From NCBI GenBank assembly GCA_963716175.1, contig OY970296.1, forward strand, positions 4,192,001 to 4,256,000: DNA of 64,000 bases, given 5' to 3'. The stretch's first letter is position 1. Every line of letters starts with the position of its first letter. The position numbers and the translations under genes were made by a program. The notes beneath the pieces are model-generated. The model saw only the letters and a program-made list of their open reading frames with translations. It made no database searches and had not been told where the DNA came from. This document shows positions 60,920 through 64,000 of this stretch, one piece after another. The stretch is from an uncultured Armatimonadetes bacterium (lineage in GTDB: Bacteria > Armatimonadota > Hebobacteria > Hebobacterales > Hebobacteraceae).

Positions 60920-60955
60920 ACTGCCGCCCGCCTGTGCTCCAGCGCGGGCATTATA

Positions 60956-61351
60956 TCACGGCTGGCGCGCCGGGGAGGGCTTGCTGTCCATGTCCGCGCT
61001 CGCCTCCGGCTGGCGCTGGGAGAGCGCGGCCGCGAGATCGTCCTGGGCGCGGTGGGCCTGGATCAGCTTTCTGACATCGGCGGTGAGGCTATGCAGGTCG
61101 CCGCGTACCTGGGTCTCAGCCAGCCTGGCCTTGGCGCGGGTGAGTTGGGTCAACTCGTAGCCGATGGCGAAGTAGAGGAGGCCGAGGAGCACCAGGAACA
61201 GGAGGCGACGAAGCTGCAGGGCGCGGTGGCGCTGGCGCTGGGCGCGCGCGGCCGAGACGCGGTGGCGCAGATAGGCGGCGGGAGGGTTAACCGGAGATGA
61301 CAGGTGAGCCAAGTCGCGGCCGCTGCGACTTCCGGCTAGGCGAATAGGCAC
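60956..61351 (-). CDS. small single-TM coiled-coil hypothetical protein
   Basis: One hydrophobic helix then a coiled coil; start uncertain. Confidence 0.5.
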   Translation of the reverse strand: MPIRLAGSRSGRDLAHLSSPVNPPAAYLRHRVSAARAQRQRHRALQLRRLLFLVLLGLLYFAIGYELTQLTRAKARLAETQVRGDLHSLTADVRKLIQAHRAQDDLAAALSQRQPEASADMDSKPSPARQP

Positions 61352-61508
61352 CCATGGCTTGCTCCAGACAGCTCGTGCTACGTAGCGAAGCTACTTCGCA
61401 GAGTAGTATTAGTGTCTGGTGCCGGCCCCTGCTGCCCGGGTAGTTATTCCACAAATGCCGGGAGGAGCGGAAGCTACCGGGCACGAGCGACAGCTCGTGC
61501 CCAGCCGG

Positions 61509-61838
61509 TCAAGGGGCGTTCTCGTCGAAATCAGCGCCGCTGCGGCGGTCCCTGCCCTCCTGGATGTGCTGGCCCACTCCCTTGAATTCGTCCACCGTCT
61601 GCCGGCCCTGCCCGCGCACCACCCGCACCACCGTGGGTCCCCACAGCCGGCCGATGAGGACCAGCACCGCGAGCACGGCGAGACGGATGAGCCAGGTTCG
61701 CCGGGTTCTCGTCCGGAGCCGCCCGTCAACTCCCTTAGCATAGCGCAGGTCGGATTCGCTGTGGGCGTAGTAATCGGGGGGCGGCTTGGGCCGGCCCCGC
61801 CCGGTGGTAGCGCCTGTGCGCCTGCTTCTGCGCGCCAT
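61509..61838 (-). CDS. small membrane hypothetical protein
   Basis: Basic N-terminus, one TM; co-oriented with neighbours. Confidence 0.55.
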   Translation of the reverse strand: MARRSRRTGATTGRGRPKPPPDYYAHSESDLRYAKGVDGRLRTRTRRTWLIRLAVLAVLVLIGRLWGPTVVRVVRGQGRQTVDEFKGVGQHIQEGRDRRSGADFDENAP

Positions 61839-61928
61839 TGGTGAGCTCTCTTCCCGCTCGGTCGGCCGCCGATCGGCCCTCATTCATCGCAATCCAAGAT
61901 ACCACAACCGCGGCCCTTTACGCGGGTG

Positions 61929-63027
61929 CTAGAGGGCCGCCAGCCGGCCCTTCAGCTCGTTGATGGCATCAATCGCGGCCGGGTTGGCGCCATTGAGGAA
62001 GGCAAGGTAAAGGCTGGTGAAATCGCCGAGAGCCAGCACCCACAGCAGCCGGGCGAGGGGAGAGTTGCCCTCGGCCGCGATCACGTGAACCGGGGCCTTG
62101 CGCCCCACCAGCTCCCGGGTGATCTCCACCCGCGCCTGGATGCGGGCCGAGGCGCCAGGCTCCTGGAGCACAACCACCGCCAGGTTGCGGGTGAGCGCGG
62201 GAGGCAACTCCCAGCCGACGACCTCGTTGTGGTTCAGCTCGGGGTATTCACTGGAACAGGCCAGCACCTTGCTGTTCTCGTTGAACTGACAGCGCCAGCG
62301 GTAGGCGGCAGCAGCCATGGCCCCCGGGGTGCCGTGAACCCACGGAGTCTTGCCAAACAGAGCCAGGGCGAGCTGCTTGGCCGAGTTGCGCCTGGTGGGA
62401 ACACGGGGATGGAGCCGATCGCGCAAACGGCTGACCAGGCCAATGGCTTCTCGCATCTGCCGCTCGGCGCCGGGGTAGCACCCCAGAGCACCGAGCAGGA
62501 ACACGAGCGGAACCAGCGAGTAGCCCAGCGCCGCCCGCGGCGGCATGGGTGGATCGGTCTGTGGGATCTCGATCAGAGGCAGGTGACGGCGAAGGGCCAG
62601 CGCCCTGAGCTTTCCGTCGGTGGTGATGGCCAGCACCCGCGCGCCACGGCGCAGGGCCAGCGCCACGGAGGCGAGCGCTTCCTCGGTGTCGCCCGAATGG
62701 CTGGAGGCGATGAACAAGGTCCGGGGGCCGACGAACCGCGGGATGCGGTAGTCCCGGTTGACCAGGAAGGGCACGGTCAGGTGTGGCTCGCAGAGGCGGG
62801 CGAGGAGGTCGCCCGCCACGGCCGAACCCCCCATGCCGCTGAGCACGATGTGGGCGGGATGGCGCAGGCGCGGCAGGGGGCTTAAAGGAGCGGCCGATCC
62901 GCGCGGCGTGCTCGAGCTGCGTTGGGAGGTTGATGGCGAAATCGAGCATGCCCTGGGGATCGAGGTCCTGGTAGGACCTGCGGTCATCGAGGTCAATGCG
63001 AGAGGGCCGCGCCGCCGGGGCCGGCAT
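61929..63027 (-). CDS. bifunctional phosphoglucose/phosphomannose isomerase, frameshifted at G5 62876-62880
   Basis: DPQGML in the first frame; GMGGS, SSHSGDTEE, PRAA, RW..QFNENSK, PELNHNE in the second. Confidence 0.88.
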
Positions 63028-63035
63028 GGGCTGTC

Positions 63036-63449
63036 CTATTCGCTCACGAAGGGCAGCAGTGCCACCTGCCGGGCGCGCTTGATGGCCTGGCTGAGGGCGC
63101 GCTGGTGGCGGGCGCAGGTCCCAGTCATGCGGCTCTTGAGGATCTTGCCGCGGTCGGAGATGAACTCGCGCAGGCGGGCATGCTCCTTGTAGTCAATCCG
63201 GGTGATCTTGTCCACGCAGAAGGCGCAGACGCGACGCCGGGGGCGGCGGCCGCCACGCCGGTCTCCGCGCCTGCCCCCGTCTCGGTCCGCATCCCGGTCG
63301 CGGCCCCGGCCTCGGAACTCGCCCCGGTCGCGCCCACGAGGGTATTCCTCTCTGACAGGCGCCGGACGGGGCGCGGCCTCTCCCTCTCTGACCGGCGCCC
63401 CCTCCCTCACCTCACTACTGCTATCACTGGGCGGCAAGGATGAACTCAT
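63036..63449 (-). CDS. rpsR: 30S ribosomal protein S18 (Zn-binding type, N-terminally extended)
   Basis: CAFC...IDYK...[10 protein letters not shown]...TG.CARHQR.L..AIKRAR..ALLP. Confidence 0.97.
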   Translation of the reverse strand: MSSSLPPSDSSSEVREGAPVREGEAAPRPAPVREEYPRGRDRGEFRGRGRDRDADRDGGRRGDRRGGRRPRRRVCAFCVDKITRIDYKEHARLREFISDRGKILKSRMTGTCARHQRALSQAIKRARQVALLPFVSE

Positions 63450-63495
63450 AGCTCCTTCTCACCTTTCGCGAGCTGCCAACCTAGGCGGCCGGCTG

Positions 63496-63912
63496 TCACT
63501 CGTCCTCCCATGGTCCCGGGATCCCCGCCTCCTCACCTTCGCCGACCCGCTCGGGCGGCGGCGTCTCCTCTGGTGGCTGGGCGGCCGGCTCGCGGGGCCG
63601 ATCCAGTCCCTGCAGGTTGTCGCACACGACTTCGGCGGACTGGCGCTTCTGGCCGTCCTGGGTCGTCCACTGTCGGATCTGCAGGCGGCCCTCCACCGCG
63701 ACCAGCCGGCCCTTGGCGAGGTAGTTGGCGGCGAACTCGGCCCTCTGTCTCCAGGCCACCAGATTGACGAAGTCCGTCTGGCGCTCGGTTGCCTCTCTGC
63801 CCTTCGGTCTGTCCACCGCGATCCGCATGCTCGCGACCGGGACGCCGCTGGGAGTGTAGCGCAGCTCAGGGTCTGCCACCAGCCTGCCTATCAGCACCAC
63901 GCGATTCAGCAT
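63496..63912 (-). CDS. ssb: single-stranded DNA-binding protein
   Basis: LNRVVLIGRL..DPELRYTPSG, KG.LVAVEGRL; acidic tail. Confidence 0.97.
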   Translation of the reverse strand: MLNRVVLIGRLVADPELRYTPSGVPVASMRIAVDRPKGREATERQTDFVNLVAWRQRAEFAANYLAKGRLVAVEGRLQIRQWTTQDGQKRQSAEVVCDNLQGLDRPREPAAQPPEETPPPERVGEGEEAGIPGPWEDE

Positions 63913-63936
63913 CTGATGCCATCCTTTCGGTGGGCG

Positions 63937-64000
63937 TCAGTCTTCGTCGAGGCGCACCACCATGTGCCGCAGCACGGTCTCACTCACCGCGAGCTGGCGT
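63937..64000 (-). CDS. rpsF: 30S ribosomal protein S6, 3' end
   Basis: RQLAVSETVLRHMVVRLDED-stop, in the conserved rpsF-ssb-rpsR order. Confidence 0.88.
   Translation of the reverse strand, partial: RQLAVSETVLRHMVVRLDED

Overview
High-GC bacterial chromosomal window. It is probably from a diderm such as Armatimonadota; this is an inference from the gene repertoire. It mixes housekeeping genes (plsC, thrS, tRNA-Val, pckA, modAB, a 23S-5S rRNA operon with no 16S, csp, pdp, pgi/pmi, rpsF-ssb-rpsR) with many carbohydrate and redox accessory genes. These include a GH106-like hydrolase, DUF4434, DUF4838, a BNR-repeat protein, a sulfatase-like enzyme, three DUF6785-type membrane proteins and a polyol cluster, plus a MacAB-TolC-like exporter with three membrane-fusion proteins. 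Main non-obvious signals: (1) an unannotated Thr-rich leader peptide (MSARLAGTTTTGTTT) with overlapping antiterminator/terminator between tRNA-Val and thrS, i.e. a ribosome-mediated attenuator; (2) a dense, modular population of short palindromic repeats that nest inside each other, sit in-frame in CDSs and accompany duplications of tRNA and 5S ends; (3) a 130-bp IS66-like MITE with an 8-bp target duplication at the marR promoter; (4) a hicB-ΔhicA islet bounded by copies of the 5S 3' end; (5) a helix-45 insertion in 23S; (6) candidate ATC/ATT start codons. Six genes are split by seven 1-2 nt indels, four of them at G/C homopolymers, most likely long-read assembly errors. No CRISPR array, integrase or transposase was seen.
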